From Planctomycetota bacterium (GTDB taxonomy: Bacteria; Planctomycetota; GCA-2746535): 64,000 bases of DNA. Below the pieces are notes generated by a model that made no database searches, was not told the origin of the DNA, and saw nothing but the letters and a program-made list of their open reading frames with translations. Positions 42,557-53,741 of the stretch are shown in pieces; within the stretch, counting starts at the first letter, position 1, and each line of letters starts with the position of its first letter. The stretch is taken from positions 23,577 to 87,576 of the forward strand of contig NVWA01000022.1 in assembly GCA_002746535.1 (NCBI GenBank). Reading direction: 5' to 3'. The position numbers and the translations under genes were made by a program.

Positions 42557-43759
42557 TTATCTACCTTTAATAGAGACCTGAATAACTTCTTCGATCTCAT
42601 TTAATTTTTTAATTATTTCTTCATTAGGGCATTTATTAGCATGTAAAGTCGCACAGGCTGCCACGGCACCTTCAAATATTTTATTTTCCATGTGGCCGAT
42701 ATTTATATCATCAGCCTTTAATTGATTTAGCACATTTGCCAATACACCAACTTTATCAAAATGTCTTACAGATATTGTGTAGGACACTTCTGGTGATTTC
42801 TGCATATTAACTGAATGCAAGACAACGCCATTTTCAAATTTATTTAACACTTCAACTACCTCTTCAGCAATAGCATTTTGAGCTTGTTCTGTTGAGGCAC
42901 CTATGTGATGGGTCCCATAAACATTTGAGTGTTGACTAATCTCAGTAGAAAAATCACCCGCACTGCCTGAAGGTTCATCATTATAAACATCCAAACCTGC
43001 CCAAATGCCTTTATTATTTAATCCATCTAATAAAGCCGCATCTTCAACTACGGTTCCACGAGAAGTATTAATTAAAATTGAATTCTCTTTCATAGAAGAA
43101 ATAAAATCACTATTAACCATTCCTTTTGTTTGATCATTTGCTGGTACATGCAAACTGACCACATCAGATTTCTCTAACAACTCTTTTTGTGAATCACAAT
43201 ATTCTACATTGATTTCTTCTAGTCTTTTTTCTGTATCGGGATCTCTTTGTTTTGCAACGGTTAATACTTGCATACCAAAAGCGTTGGCCCTTTCTGCAAA
43301 TGCCAAACCAATATCTCCCAATCCTACAATGCCAACTGTTTTACCAAAGACACCTTCAGCTTTAGAATATTTCTTTTTATTCCATTGACCATTTTTTAAA
43401 TCAGAAACATTATCTGCAATTTTTCGATCAATAGATAATAATAAGCCAAAGGCAAGTTCGGCCACAGCAATCGCATTCTTACCAGGAGTATTACATACGA
43501 ATATACCCTTATTAGCGGCTTCATTGATGTCAATTGTATTGACACCTGCCCCAGCTCGAATAATTAAATTTAATTCATCGGAAGCATCAATCGTAGCTTT
43601 GGTAACTTTAGTACTTCTAACTATCAAACATTCATACCCTTGAATTTCATTGGGCAAATCATCTGCACCTAAATTCGGTTTTAATTCAATTTCATGACCT
43701 GATTTTTGCAAAACGTCTAAATACGCTTCTTGAAATTTATCTGCTAATAATATTTTCAT
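42557..43759 (-). CDS. serA: D-3-phosphoglycerate dehydrogenase (with C-terminal ACT domain)
   Basis: 2-hydroxyacid dehydrogenase NAD motif GIVGLGDIGLAFAERA, catalytic RGTVVEDAALLDGL...H, about 70-aa ACT-like C-terminus; 400 aa. Confidence 0.8.
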   Translation of the reverse strand: MKILLADKFQEAYLDVLQKSGHEIELKPNLGADDLPNEIQGYECLIVRSTKVTKATIDASDELNLIIRAGAGVNTIDINEAANKGIFVCNTPGKNAIAVAELAFGLLLSIDRKIADNVSDLKNGQWNKKKYSKAEGVFGKTVGIVGLGDIGLAFAERANAFGMQVLTVAKQRDPDTEKRLEEINVEYCDSQKELLEKSDVVSLHVPANDQTKGMVNSDFISSMKENSILINTSRGTVVEDAALLDGLNNKGIWAGLDVYNDEPSGSAGDFSTEISQHSNVYGTHHIGASTEQAQNAIAEEVVEVLNKFENGVVLHSVNMQKSPEVSYTISVRHFDKVGVLANVLNQLKADDINIGHMENKIFEGAVAACATLHANKCPNEEIIKKLNEIEEVIQVSIKGR

Positions 43760-44020
43760 TCAATATACCTCTATAACAATAATTGTTCTGTCTATAAAGT
43801 CTAACATTCTAGAACACTGAAACATGAATTCAATAAAATAAAACTATTTAGTTTCTTTTTGAGGATTTCTCATGATTGAAAGAAATCACGATTAAATTCA
43901 AATTCAAAACACTAATTGAAATATTCAGAGTTCCTCAATATACTGAACAACTAAATTATTAACATCTTTTTTGTAACTACTTATCAACTCAAAAGTCAAA
44001 ATATAAACAAAAGGAATACG

Positions 44021-44863
44021 ATGACAGAAATAAAAGAAATAAACTATTTAAACATAAATGATGTCACCTTGAAATTACATATTTATGAACCTAAAAATAA
44101 TACTTCCGAAAAAACAGCCTGTATTATATTTTTCTTTTGTGGAGGTTGGAATGGATTTGAAATTAATAAATTAAGCCCTCAAAGCTCTTATTTATCATCA
44201 AGAGGAATTAAATGTATTAATGCCGAAGTGCGCGTAAATCCCATTCACAATACAACACCTATAGAATGCATCAAAGATGCAAAATCGGCCGTTCGTTGGG
44301 TGCGAGCAAATGCGGATAAATTAAATATTGATACGGGAAAAATTATCACTGCCGGAGGTTCAGCAGCAGGTCATGTATCCATCTGCACATCATTAATTGA
44401 TCAATATGATAATGAAACAGATGACACTTCTATTTCATGCAAACCTAATGCAATGGTTCTGTTTAATCCTGTTCTAAACACAACAACCAAAGAAAAACGT
44501 ATCGAAAAATTGGGTGGTATTGAAATCGCACAATCCATTTCACCGATCCACCATCTCAATGAAAATATTCCCCCAACACTCGTCATGCATGGCACTAACG
44601 ATGAAACTGTTTTATGTGAACAAGCAACGGAATTTAAAGAGGCCATGGATAAAATTAATAGGCCCTGCACACTACATCTTTATGAAGGTGAAGGCCATGG
44701 CTTTTTCAATTACTTCGATGGAAACAATAAATATTTTGTTGAAACCCTCAAAGCAACGGACGATTTTTTAACTTCACTTGGCTATTTATCTTCAGGAGAA
44801 GACGTTGATAACTTTAACTATAATGAATCAGAATTAACAATTGAAAATATTTCAGAACTTTAA
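44021..44863 (+). CDS. Alpha/beta-hydrolase fold esterase/lipase
   Basis: Oxyanion HGGG-like FFFCGGW, nucleophile elbow AGGSAAGH (G-x-S-x-G), C-terminal GEGHGF. Confidence 0.6.
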   Translation: MTEIKEINYLNINDVTLKLHIYEPKNNTSEKTACIIFFFCGGWNGFEINKLSPQSSYLSSRGIKCINAEVRVNPIHNTTPIECIKDAKSAVRWVRANADKLNIDTGKIITAGGSAAGHVSICTSLIDQYDNETDDTSISCKPNAMVLFNPVLNTTTKEKRIEKLGGIEIAQSISPIHHLNENIPPTLVMHGTNDETVLCEQATEFKEAMDKINRPCTLHLYEGEGHGFFNYFDGNNKYFVETLKATDDFLTSLGYLSSGEDVDNFNYNESELTIENISEL

Positions 44864-44868
44864 GTTAA

Positions 44869-46122
44869 TTAATTTTTAATCTGGCCGTTTCCTTCAACCA
44901 CATATTTATAGGTGGTTAATTCTTTCAAGCCTACAGGCCCTCTAGCATGTAATCGGTCAGTACTAATTCCAATTTCTGCACCAAAACCAAATTCAAAGCC
45001 ATCATTAAAACGAGTCGACACATTGGCAAATACCACCGCCGAATCTACTCTCTCAACAAAATTATTTTTAGCTAATTTATTTTTTGAAACAATACAATCA
45101 GAATGTCCTGAGCCGAAATTATTGATGTGATTGATGGCTTCATCAATATCCTTCACAACCTTAATGGCCACTATCAAATCTAAATATTCCATCACCCAAT
45201 CATCTTTACTAGCTTTTTTAATCTTTGGAAGAATCTTTTTTGTTTGAGTACAACCTCTAATTTCAACTTTATGAGCATTTAACTCTTTCCCTAATAATGG
45301 CAAAAATTTCTTAGCAACACCCTCATGAATCAAAAATGTCTCTGCCGCATTGCAGACACCCGGACGTTGAGTTTTTGCATTAATACATATTTCTAAAGCC
45401 ATTTTAAAATCAGCAAATTTATCGACATAAATATGACAATTGCCGTCATAATGCTTGATCACTGGTATTAGTGATTGTTCAGTCACGGCTTTAATCAAAG
45501 ATTTTCCACCACGAGGAATTATGACATCTATGATACCTTCAAGTCTTAACATTTCTTTCACTAAAGCCCTATCAGTTTTATTCACGAAACTAATCATATT
45601 AGGATCAAACGTTTTATCTTTTAAAGCCGATTGCAGAATTTTCACAATTACACTATTGCTATAAAAGGCTTCTTTTCCACCACGTAAAATACAACCATTT
45701 CCTGATTTTAAACAAAGTGCGGCGGCATCCGCCGTCACATTTGGCCTTGATTCAAAAATAATGCCAACCAATCCAATAGGAACTCGCTGTTTGGTAATTC
45801 TCATTTTGTTCGGTTGTTCCCATTGTTCGATGATTTCCCCAACTGGATCTTTCAAGGTGGCTATCTGAATGATGCCATCTGCCATAGCTTTGATTCTGTC
45901 ATCAGACAATGTTAATCGATCAATCATGGCACCGCTCAATTGATTTTTCTTAGCGTTAATTAAATCCTTCTTATTTTCTTTCTGTATTAAGCTGGCATTA
46001 TTTTTTAATAATTTAGCCATCTGTTTTAAAACAATATTTTTTTGTGAAGCTGTTTTAATCGCTAATGCTCTTGAAGCCGTTTTAGCTTTTACAGCTAAAT
46101 TTTTCATTTGTCCCATAATCAA
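44869..46122 (-). CDS. proA: Glutamate-5-semialdehyde dehydrogenase (gamma-glutamyl phosphate reductase)
   Basis: VPIGLVGIIFESRPNVT and the catalytic Cys region (VCNAAETFLIHE) are ProA hallmarks; 417 aa. No proB adjacent. Confidence 0.8.
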   Translation of the reverse strand: MIMGQMKNLAVKAKTASRALAIKTASQKNIVLKQMAKLLKNNASLIQKENKKDLINAKKNQLSGAMIDRLTLSDDRIKAMADGIIQIATLKDPVGEIIEQWEQPNKMRITKQRVPIGLVGIIFESRPNVTADAAALCLKSGNGCILRGGKEAFYSNSVIVKILQSALKDKTFDPNMISFVNKTDRALVKEMLRLEGIIDVIIPRGGKSLIKAVTEQSLIPVIKHYDGNCHIYVDKFADFKMALEICINAKTQRPGVCNAAETFLIHEGVAKKFLPLLGKELNAHKVEIRGCTQTKKILPKIKKASKDDWVMEYLDLIVAIKVVKDIDEAINHINNFGSGHSDCIVSKNKLAKNNFVERVDSAVVFANVSTRFNDGFEFGFGAEIGISTDRLHARGPVGLKELTTYKYVVEGNGQIKN

Positions 46123-46257
46123 TTTTATTTCTTAGTTACATAATTGTTTTAAGCGCCACATCATAACAAATTTCATTTTTTACCGTTAGAACTTGTCTAA
46201 TTATTTTTTATCGTCACCTAATTTTATAACAAATGAACCCCATCATTAATCCAAAGT

Positions 46258-46294
46258 GTTTCCATTCACAACCTTTTAGTTTTCAAATGGAAAC
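46258..46294. promoter_or_regulatory. Inverted repeat GTTTCCATT-N19-AATGGAAAC upstream of the MerR-like gene (candidate operator)
   Basis: 9-bp perfect arms read directly, about 100 nt upstream of the 46398 start. Confidence 0.35.
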
Positions 46295-46397
46295 TATACT
46301 GGTAGTAAATCACTATACTATCTATAAACTTATCAAGACTTTATGACGAATCATGCAAACTATTTTATAGTTCGTAAAATATAAAACATAAGACTTT

Positions 46398-46688
46398 ATG
46401 AAAAGAGAATTGATGGAACAAGACGTTTTAAAAGATAATGAATTGGTCAAAACAAAAGAGGTTTTAGATCAAGGAAATATCTCAAGACAAATCTTCTACA
46501 CTTATTTAAATCTAGGTTTAATCCAACCGGCCAAAATTCTAGAAAACGGCCACAGGTTATTTCATCCAAGTGTATTTCGCAAGCTCGCCTGCATAAAAAT
46601 TCTGAGAGAAAGAAATTACGGCTTACGTGATATTAAAGATACTTGGAAAGGGTTAACCGATATTATTTCTGTTGACGATAAAGATTAA
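46398..46688 (+). CDS. Small MerR-superfamily HTH protein (DNA-binding domain only)
   Basis: ISRQIFYTYLNLGLIQPAKILENGHRLFHPSVFRKLACIKILRE fits the MerR/excisionase-type HTH (YYe..GLi.P.r...g.R.Y). 96 aa, so no effector domain. Confidence 0.45.
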   Translation: MKRELMEQDVLKDNELVKTKEVLDQGNISRQIFYTYLNLGLIQPAKILENGHRLFHPSVFRKLACIKILRERNYGLRDIKDTWKGLTDIISVDDKD

Positions 46689-46740
46689 TTTCGTTATTCT
46701 TGACACTAAACACATCGTCACCTATAGTAATTGACTGTTC

Positions 46741-47319
46741 ATGATCAACAGGTATTTTTATTTTAATTTCCTGCGCAAAACCTATGTCGTTTGCCGAAAA
46801 AAATCAAGACAAATTCTAGGACTCGATGATTCTCCTGAATCAATAGCACGTGGAGTAGCCATCGGATTATTCATCGCCTTTACCCCAACGATTCCTCTGC
46901 AAATGGTTTTAAGTATTCTTTTTGCATTTATATTAAAAGCAAATAAAACCGCTGCGATTGTGCCGGCATGGGTAACAAATCCTTTAACCGCACCACCAAT
47001 TTTTTACTTAGAATACATAACCGGTGCCTACATATTAAGGTATGATCTATTATCAAAAGAAGACTTTTTAAAGTATGCCAATAAAGTATTTGAATTTTCC
47101 TTATTTCAACCATCTGAGTTATACCAGCAAGTAGCGGAACTATTCAAAGAATCCTGGGGGCAACTAGGATACCCAATGATAGTAGGCAGTATGATATGGG
47201 CAATAATTATTAGCATATCATTTTATTTTATTACTCTAAAGACCGTCATCAAAAGAAGAAAGAGAAAAGAAGAGAAAAAGCGGTTGCGACGAGCAGCAAA
47301 ACAAGATGAAACAAATTAA
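46741..47319 (+). CDS. DUF2062-family membrane protein
   Basis: LGLDDSPESIARGVAIGLFIAFTPTIPLQMVL matches the DUF2062 core (SP...A.G.AIG.F.G..P). Start uncertain; alternative starts lie downstream. Confidence 0.45.
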   Translation: MINRYFYFNFLRKTYVVCRKKSRQILGLDDSPESIARGVAIGLFIAFTPTIPLQMVLSILFAFILKANKTAAIVPAWVTNPLTAPPIFYLEYITGAYILRYDLLSKEDFLKYANKVFEFSLFQPSELYQQVAELFKESWGQLGYPMIVGSMIWAIIISISFYFITLKTVIKRRKRKEEKKRLRRAAKQDETN

Positions 47320-47355
47320 AATAATAAGCATAGCTAAAGAGACCTATATAATTCT

Positions 47356-49248
47356 ATGACCATATTATCTCTTATTACTACTACACCAGATATCATCCCT
47401 ACCATACATTGGGGAATTAATTTTGCGATATCTAATAAACAAGATTTAAAAATATTAATTCTTGAAGGCACCACTTCTCAAGATGAAATTTTGAACATAG
47501 ATACCGATGCTGAAAATAAAAATCCTTTTATCGAAGCAACTCTTATTGAATTAAAAAAGTATTCATTAACAAATAAAACAGAAGAAAAGGATCCTTCCAA
47601 ATTATATTTCAATGATGAAAACTATGTAGAAATCATACATGCAAAATCCAGTAATTTTGAAACGCTTGTTGTTGGTGAAATTAAAAAACATCGCACCGAT
47701 TTATTAATCGGCATCAGGCATGTTTCTAAAAATGGTAGACATGAATACCTTGATAATTATTTATTTAAACATGCCCACTGTCATATCATATTATTGAGAC
47801 CAGGAACATCTAAGGAGCACAATAAAAAGATTTTAATCCCAACAAGTGGAGGCCCCCATGCAAAAGCTGCTCTAATTTTTGCAGAAAAACTGGCTAAATC
47901 TAGTGGCGGTGTACTTACACCCCTATACATAGAAATTGATTCCAATGAAGTATCCAAAGAAATAGGGGATTTAAATCTAAAGCGAAATTTAAAAAAGTGT
48001 AATATCAAAGAATCCGACTGGGTAAAACCAAAAGTAATCGTCGCTTCTGGCGTAAAAGCCGGAATACAAGCAGCACTTGAAGAAGATGAATATGATTTAA
48101 TATTAATTGGCGCATCAGATGTAAATATGATTCGGCGCAATTTGTTCGGCACCATCCCCGATTATTTATTAGGTGGAGAAAAAGGACTCACCACAGGTGT
48201 AATTAGATCAGAACAACCCTTATTCATCAAAATAAAAGGTAGTTTTGAAAAATGGCTTGATCTAAGTGTCCCCCAATTAGATAGACAAGAACGAGTAGAT
48301 TTATTTGATTATTTACAAACCGGGTCAAAATGGAATTTTGATTTCTTAGCCCTGATAAGTCTTTCAACGATAATAGCAACTGTTGGTTTATTACAAAATA
48401 GTGCCGCTGTTGTAATTGGTGCTATGTTAGTTGCTCCTTTAATGACTCCAATTCTAGGTGTTGGCCTTGCCTTAGTTCAAGGTGCTCTCCCACTCATGCG
48501 CCAAGCTACCAAATCTATCATTCTCGGATTTTTAACCGCGCTAGGCATAGGAGTTCTTGTTGGTAGCATTGTGCCAATTAATCATCTTTCAGATGAATTA
48601 TTGGCCAGAGGTGGTCCAAATATATTAGACTTAGTCGTTGCGTTTTTCTCAGGCATTGCGGCGGCTCATTGTACTTCTCGACCAGGATTATCTGGAGCAC
48701 TACCAGGGGTTGCCATCGCAGCGGCATTAGTCCCACCCATTGCCACTGCAGGAGTTTCACTTGTTAAGGGAGAATTCTTTATTGCTCAAGGCGCCGCATT
48801 GTTATTTGGAACAAACGTTGTCGCTATTATTTTAGGTTCTGCTTTTAGTTTTTATTGCTCAGGCATTAGAGGCCATGCAGTAGGCTTAATTAAAAGAAAA
48901 TGGGTCATCAATACACTCTTTGCACTATCAGTCATTACCTTAATTTTGTTCATACCACTAGGTTATTATTTTTATAAACAATTAAATAATAACAAAGCTC
49001 AAATTATTAATATTGACGATACTATAAAATCAAAAATATCGAAAAAACTTGCCGAGAGTAGTTCTCAATTAATAAAATTAGTTGAAATCAAACAAGATGA
49101 TTTACTTATATTAGAAATACACATCACGACAAAAGAGAATCCCACTCAATTATTAGCAAATGAATTGGCCACCATCACCCGCACATTCATTGGTAAAAAA
49201 GGGAAAATCAGAATCATACCAACTATCACCATTGATAGTCAAAATTAA
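47356..49248 (+). CDS. TIGR00341-type protein: tandem universal-stress-protein-like domains fused to a DUF389 membrane domain
   Basis: Two USP-like alpha/beta segments (ETLVVGEI..., DLILIGASD) followed by glycine-rich TM helices [37 protein letters not shown] characteristic of DUF389. Confidence 0.5.
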   Translation: MTILSLITTTPDIIPTIHWGINFAISNKQDLKILILEGTTSQDEILNIDTDAENKNPFIEATLIELKKYSLTNKTEEKDPSKLYFNDENYVEIIHAKSSNFETLVVGEIKKHRTDLLIGIRHVSKNGRHEYLDNYLFKHAHCHIILLRPGTSKEHNKKILIPTSGGPHAKAALIFAEKLAKSSGGVLTPLYIEIDSNEVSKEIGDLNLKRNLKKCNIKESDWVKPKVIVASGVKAGIQAALEEDEYDLILIGASDVNMIRRNLFGTIPDYLLGGEKGLTTGVIRSEQPLFIKIKGSFEKWLDLSVPQLDRQERVDLFDYLQTGSKWNFDFLALISLSTIIATVGLLQNSAAVVIGAMLVAPLMTPILGVGLALVQGALPLMRQATKSIILGFLTALGIGVLVGSIVPINHLSDELLARGGPNILDLVVAFFSGIAAAHCTSRPGLSGALPGVAIAAALVPPIATAGVSLVKGEFFIAQGAALLFGTNVVAIILGSAFSFYCSGIRGHAVGLIKRKWVINTLFALSVITLILFIPLGYYFYKQLNNNKAQIINIDDTIKSKISKKLAESSSQLIKLVEIKQDDLLILEIHITTKENPTQLLANELATITRTFIGKKGKIRIIPTITIDSQN

Positions 49249-50678
49249 GAAACAAACAAATCCATAAAATCTTTCACGTCTATTTCTAACAAACTATTTT
49301 GATCATCAAATAACTTCATGATTGACGCCACCTTATCATCCGATAATTGGGATTGTATATTTCTAAGAAATTTTTTCTCCAAAACAGGATAACCTTCATC
49401 TCTCCTATTTCGATGTCCAATCGGATATTCAACCTCAATCTTATCTGTGGATGAGCTATCTTTAAAAAATATTTGAACCGCATTTGCAATCGAACGTTTA
49501 TCCGGCTCATGATATTCTTTCGAATATCTAAGATCCTCAACGACAACCATCTTACTTCTCAATTCATCAATGATTGGATTATCAGCATGAAAGTCATCTT
49601 CATAATTTTCTGCCACTAAATCTCCAAAGGCTAATGTCACTGCCGTCATATATTGCAAACAATGATCTCTATCGGCCGGATTATTTAATTCACCTTCCTT
49701 GGCTATAATTCTTATGGCAGATTCATGGGTTGTTAATTCAATTTTTTCTATGTTGCTCAAACGATCTTTGATGATTGAATGCAAGATCACACCTGCTTCA
49801 CAAGCAGTCTGAGCGTGAAATTCTGCCGGAAAAGAAATTTTGAATAAAATATTTTCCATTACATAACTATCATAATCTCTTTGAAAGCTAAATGCCTTTT
49901 CCTTAAAATTCACATCATAGTAACCCCATGTTTTAGTTGATAACACCGCCGGAATACCCATTTCTCCTTTTAAGGCAATCATTGCTAGTTGAACACCTCT
50001 TGATGTGGCATCACCAGCAGCCCATGATTTTCGTGATCCAGCATTGGGAGCATGTCGATAAGTTCTTAAAGAACATCCATCAGCCCAAGCATGTGATACC
50101 GCCGATAATATTTCATCTCTACTGCCACCTAAAAGTTCAGCAACCACAGCAGTTGTGGCAACTCGCACTAACAATACATGATCCAGACCAACCCGATTAA
50201 AACTATTATCCAAAGCTAGAACACCTTGAATTTCATGGGCCTTTATCATAGCTTCTAAAACCGTTTTCATATCAACAGGCTTTTGACTTTGAGATAAGAA
50301 ATCGCAGACAGAAAGTATTCCACCTAAATTATCAGAAGGATGTCCCCATTCTGCAGCCAACCATGTATCATTGAAATCGAGCCATCGAATAATACAACCA
50401 ATGTCCCAAGCAGACTTAACAGGATCTTGAACATATGATGTCCCAGGAACTCTTGAACCATTCGGAACAACTGTTCCCTCAACAATTGGACCCAACATCT
50501 TTTTACATTCTTTAAAATTCAATGCTAATAAGCCACAACCTAATGTATCAAACAAACAATAATGAGCTGTCGTTAATGCATTTGCAGAATCAACTTGAAA
50601 ATTGATAACATAATCGGTGATATCTTGAATGACCTGATCATATTCAGGCCTATTTGCTATATTTATATTATTTGACAT
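49245..50678 (-). CDS. prpD: 2-methylcitrate dehydratase (MmgE/PrpD family)
   Basis: 477 aa with MmgE/PrpD-type N-terminal and C-terminal domains. Downstream of prpC and prpB on the same strand. Confidence 0.7.
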   Translation of the reverse strand: MSNNINIANRPEYDQVIQDITDYVINFQVDSANALTTAHYCLFDTLGCGLLALNFKECKKMLGPIVEGTVVPNGSRVPGTSYVQDPVKSAWDIGCIIRWLDFNDTWLAAEWGHPSDNLGGILSVCDFLSQSQKPVDMKTVLEAMIKAHEIQGVLALDNSFNRVGLDHVLLVRVATTAVVAELLGGSRDEILSAVSHAWADGCSLRTYRHAPNAGSRKSWAAGDATSRGVQLAMIALKGEMGIPAVLSTKTWGYYDVNFKEKAFSFQRDYDSYVMENILFKISFPAEFHAQTACEAGVILHSIIKDRLSNIEKIELTTHESAIRIIAKEGELNNPADRDHCLQYMTAVTLAFGDLVAENYEDDFHADNPIIDELRSKMVVVEDLRYSKEYHEPDKRSIANAVQIFFKDSSSTDKIEVEYPIGHRNRRDEGYPVLEKKFLRNIQSQLSDDKVASIMKLFDDQNSLLEIDVKDFMDLFVS

Positions 50679-50816
50679 ATTTTTCCTTTTGTAGGGACCA
50701 ACCTCGTGTTTGCCCTTTTGACAACGATTTTTGACATATTTTTAATCCGGACATTGATTAAGGCGAATACAAGGTTCACCCCTACAAATTAATCCTAATT
50801 CATTTAGAAAAAAATC

Positions 50817-51971
50817 TTATCGTTTATCTAGTGACACGAAACTTCTTTCATCAGGTCCTACATATTCTGCACTAGGTCTAATAATTCTATTATTTTCTCT
50901 TTGTTCTTTAATGTGCGCCGTCCAACCAGATGTTCGCGACATAACAAAAATAGGTGTAAATAATTTCGTTGGAATTCCCATGAAATGATATGCCGATGCA
51001 TGAAAGAAATCAGCATTACAAAATAATTTTTTCTCACGCCACATAACTTCTTCACAACGTACGGAAACATCATAAAGTATTTTTTTATCTGAATCTTCAG
51101 ATAATTTCTCAGACCATTTTTTGATGATTACATTTCTCGGATCTGATTCTCGATAAATGGCATGGCCAAAGCCCATTATTTTTTCTTTTCTTTCAAGCAT
51201 TCCCATAACTTCTTTTTCTGCATGCTCTGGGCTATCATAATTCTCAATCATAGCCATGGCTGCTTCATTAGCTCCCCCATGTAAAGGGCCTCTTAACGTC
51301 CCAATCGCGCCTGTAACACAACTATGAATATCAGATAAGGTTGAAGCACAAACTCTCGCTGTAAATGTCGATGCATTAAATTCATGCTCAGCATATAAAA
51401 TCAATGAAACATTCATCACTTGCTCATGAAGATCTGAAGGCACTTCTCCATTCAGCATATGTAAAAAATGAGCTGCCATAGAATCATCATCAGTTTCTGT
51501 ATCGATCCTTATATTTTCATGGGAAAATTTATACCAATAACATATGATCGATGGGAAAACAGCAAGCAACCTATCAATGTGCTCATCTTGTTCCGAAAAA
51601 TCATTCTCCATTTCTAAATTGCCTAATAAAGAACAACCTGTTCGCATCACATCCATTGGATGAGCATCGGCAGGGATAGACTCTAACGCCTTTTTTAAAG
51701 CATCCGGCAAACCTCTTAATTTCTTTAATTTATTTCTATAGGATTCAAACTCATCTTTTGAGGGCAAATTGCCTCTAATCAATAAAAAAGCTATTTCTTC
51801 AAACTTGGCACTTTCTGCTAATTCAGAAATGTCATAACCACAATAGGTCAATCCTGATCCCGTTTTACCAACTGTGCACAATTTAGTTTCACCAGCAATC
51901 TGACCTCTCAGACCAGCACCACCAATTTTTTTGTCTACCATTTTAAATTCTCCTTTATGTATCTTTTTCAA
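50817..51971 (-). CDS. prpC: 2-methylcitrate synthase / citrate synthase family
   Basis: [29 protein letters not shown] (citrate synthase N-terminal motif), catalytic His regions ([14 protein letters not shown]). Overlaps the prpB stop. Confidence 0.75.
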   Translation of the reverse strand: MKKIHKGEFKMVDKKIGGAGLRGQIAGETKLCTVGKTGSGLTYCGYDISELAESAKFEEIAFLLIRGNLPSKDEFESYRNKLKKLRGLPDALKKALESIPADAHPMDVMRTGCSLLGNLEMENDFSEQDEHIDRLLAVFPSIICYWYKFSHENIRIDTETDDDSMAAHFLHMLNGEVPSDLHEQVMNVSLILYAEHEFNASTFTARVCASTLSDIHSCVTGAIGTLRGPLHGGANEAAMAMIENYDSPEHAEKEVMGMLERKEKIMGFGHAIYRESDPRNVIIKKWSEKLSEDSDKKILYDVSVRCEEVMWREKKLFCNADFFHASAYHFMGIPTKLFTPIFVMSRTSGWTAHIKEQRENNRIIRPSAEYVGPDERSFVSLDKR

Positions 51972-52854
51972 ATAATTGATCTAACTTCTTTTCAAAATTA
52001 TAATATCCGAGATGAACATATAACTCTTCTCTCGTTTGCATATTCTTTTCTTGTGATAGTTGAGTACCTTCAGTTTGTATTGTTTTATAAACTAATTCAG
52101 CAGCTTTATTCATAGCCCTAAAAGCACTTAATGGATATAAGATCATATCGACACCCCAATTAGCCAATTCATCTTTATGAAATAACTCGGTTTGACCAAA
52201 TTCAGTCATGTTTGCCAATAAAGGCACGTTGATATTTTTTCTAAAAATCTCATAATGCTCTTTTGTTTTTACGGCCTCAATAAAGATTCCATCAGCACCT
52301 GCTTCAATATATTTTTGAGCTCTTTCTAGTGCCAACTCAATGCCTTCTGATGCAAAAGCATCTGTCCGAGCGATAATAAAAAAATCATCGTCTGTCCTTG
52401 CATCAACAGAAACTTTAATTCGATCTTCCATTTCTTGACAAGAAACAATTTGTTTATTGGGCCGATGTCCACAACGTTTTTGAGATACTTGATCTTCAAT
52501 GTGAACTGCAGCAACACCAACATTAATCATATCCTTAATAGTTTTAGCAATATTAAAAGCACCACCCCATCCCGTATCTATATCCACCAAAAGAGGTGTA
52601 TCACAAATAGAGGTAATCCTTCTAGCATCTTCTAAAACGTCATTTAAGGACGTCATGCCTAAATCTGGTAACCCAAAAGATGCATTTGCAACCCCAGCTC
52701 CAGATAAATAGTTACATTGAATTCCCTGAGCCTTTGCCATAGTAGCACAATAGGCATTAATAGTTCCAACAATTTGCAATGGCTTATTATTAATTAATGC
52801 TTCTCTAAATTTTTTACCGGCTGATATCATATAATTTCCTGGTTTGCTCTTCAT
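51955..52854 (-). CDS. prpB: Methylisocitrate lyase (PEP mutase/isocitrate lyase superfamily)
   Basis: [19 protein letters not shown] is the K(K/R)CGH active-site signature; 299 aa. Likely start at the internal MISAGKKF. Confidence 0.75.
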   Translation of the reverse strand: MKSKPGNYMISAGKKFREALINNKPLQIVGTINAYCATMAKAQGIQCNYLSGAGVANASFGLPDLGMTSLNDVLEDARRITSICDTPLLVDIDTGWGGAFNIAKTIKDMINVGVAAVHIEDQVSQKRCGHRPNKQIVSCQEMEDRIKVSVDARTDDDFFIIARTDAFASEGIELALERAQKYIEAGADGIFIEAVKTKEHYEIFRKNINVPLLANMTEFGQTELFHKDELANWGVDMILYPLSAFRAMNKAAELVYKTIQTEGTQLSQEKNMQTREELYVHLGYYNFEKKLDQLFEKDT

Positions 52855-53497
52855 TAATTTTGCTTTTTGCCTTGCGAATATGGCGACGCATTAAAATTTC
52901 TGCAATTTCTGCATCTCTATTGACTATGGCTTGATAAATTGCATTATGCTCTTCGAAGGCCTCTTCTGCTCGCCCCCTAGCTTTACTAATTTTATAACGA
53001 TACATTCTTATTCTGTGATAAATTTCTTTTGTATATAAATCAATCAAAACTGCATTCGAACACTTAACTACTATTGAAAAATGAAAATCAAACTCACCTT
53101 CTTCTTGATAATATTCTTTGGAATTATGATTTTCTATTTCTTCTTGGTGCTTTTTAAGTAATTCACCCAATTCTAAAATTTCAGCATCAGACATATTTAA
53201 TGTTGCTTGCTTTGTTGCTAAACCTTCTAGATGCTCCCGTACTTCATAAATATTATCTAATTCTTTAAAACTTAATTCTGTAACTTTAACGCCCGCATAA
53301 GGAATCCGGACAACCAACCTTCTCTCTTCTAGTCGTCGGATTGCCTCACGTAAAGGTCCTCGACCTGAACCATACTTTTTACTTAAATCCAATTCATTAA
53401 TTTTGCTACCTGGTTCCAAGATTCCTTTGACGATATCTTCTTGGATTTGCCCAAATATTACGTCAGAAATGGGTATCGTTGTGGCTTCTATCTTCAT
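52814..53497 (-). CDS. GntR-family transcriptional regulator (FCD type), likely regulator of the prpBCD operon
   Basis: N-terminal winged HTH ([32 protein letters not shown]) and C-terminal FCD-like helical domain. First gene of the operon. Confidence 0.65.
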   Translation of the reverse strand: MKIEATTIPISDVIFGQIQEDIVKGILEPGSKINELDLSKKYGSGRGPLREAIRRLEERRLVVRIPYAGVKVTELSFKELDNIYEVREHLEGLATKQATLNMSDAEILELGELLKKHQEEIENHNSKEYYQEEGEFDFHFSIVVKCSNAVLIDLYTKEIYHRIRMYRYKISKARGRAEEAFEEHNAIYQAIVNRDAEIAEILMRRHIRKAKSKINEEQTRKLYDISR

Positions 53498-53530
53498 TAA
53501 AATATTTTCATATTGAAATTAAATAATCTA

Positions 53531-53544
53531 TATTGTCTACAATA
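53531..53544. promoter_or_regulatory. Palindromic operator candidate 1, TATTGT-CT-ACAATA (GntR-type T.GT..AC.A half-site architecture)
   Basis: Perfect inverted repeat read in the intergenic region between the GntR/prp operon (-) and msrAB (+). Confidence 0.5.
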
Positions 53545-53592
53545 TATCCATTTAATAGCTATTTCAAGAAGTTTTACCCAGTATTTCCCACA

Positions 53593-53608
53593 TATTGTTG
53601 ACAATATT
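53593..53608. promoter_or_regulatory. Palindromic operator candidate 2, ATATTGT-TG-ACAATAT (same core as site 1; overlaps a TTGACA -35-like hexamer)
   Basis: 7-bp perfect arms; shares the ATTGT-NN-ACAAT core with site 1, 62 bp away. Confidence 0.5.
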
Positions 53609-53741
53609 TTCATATCAGGCATTTAGAAACTCACCTCCTAAATAAAAAGATCATACAACCAAAAATAAATAATTAAAATATACTGTAAGATACTATTGAA
53701 AACAATGACCCATAAATAGAAACCGATTTGGACGAAAGCAT

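Noticed and set aside
50690-50787. Long-range inverted repeat TTGTAGGG...CCCTACAA between prpC and prpD
   Set aside because: The arms are only 8-9 bp over ~90 nt with a poorly paired interior. It may be an intercistronic hairpin, but the evidence is too weak to call a feature.
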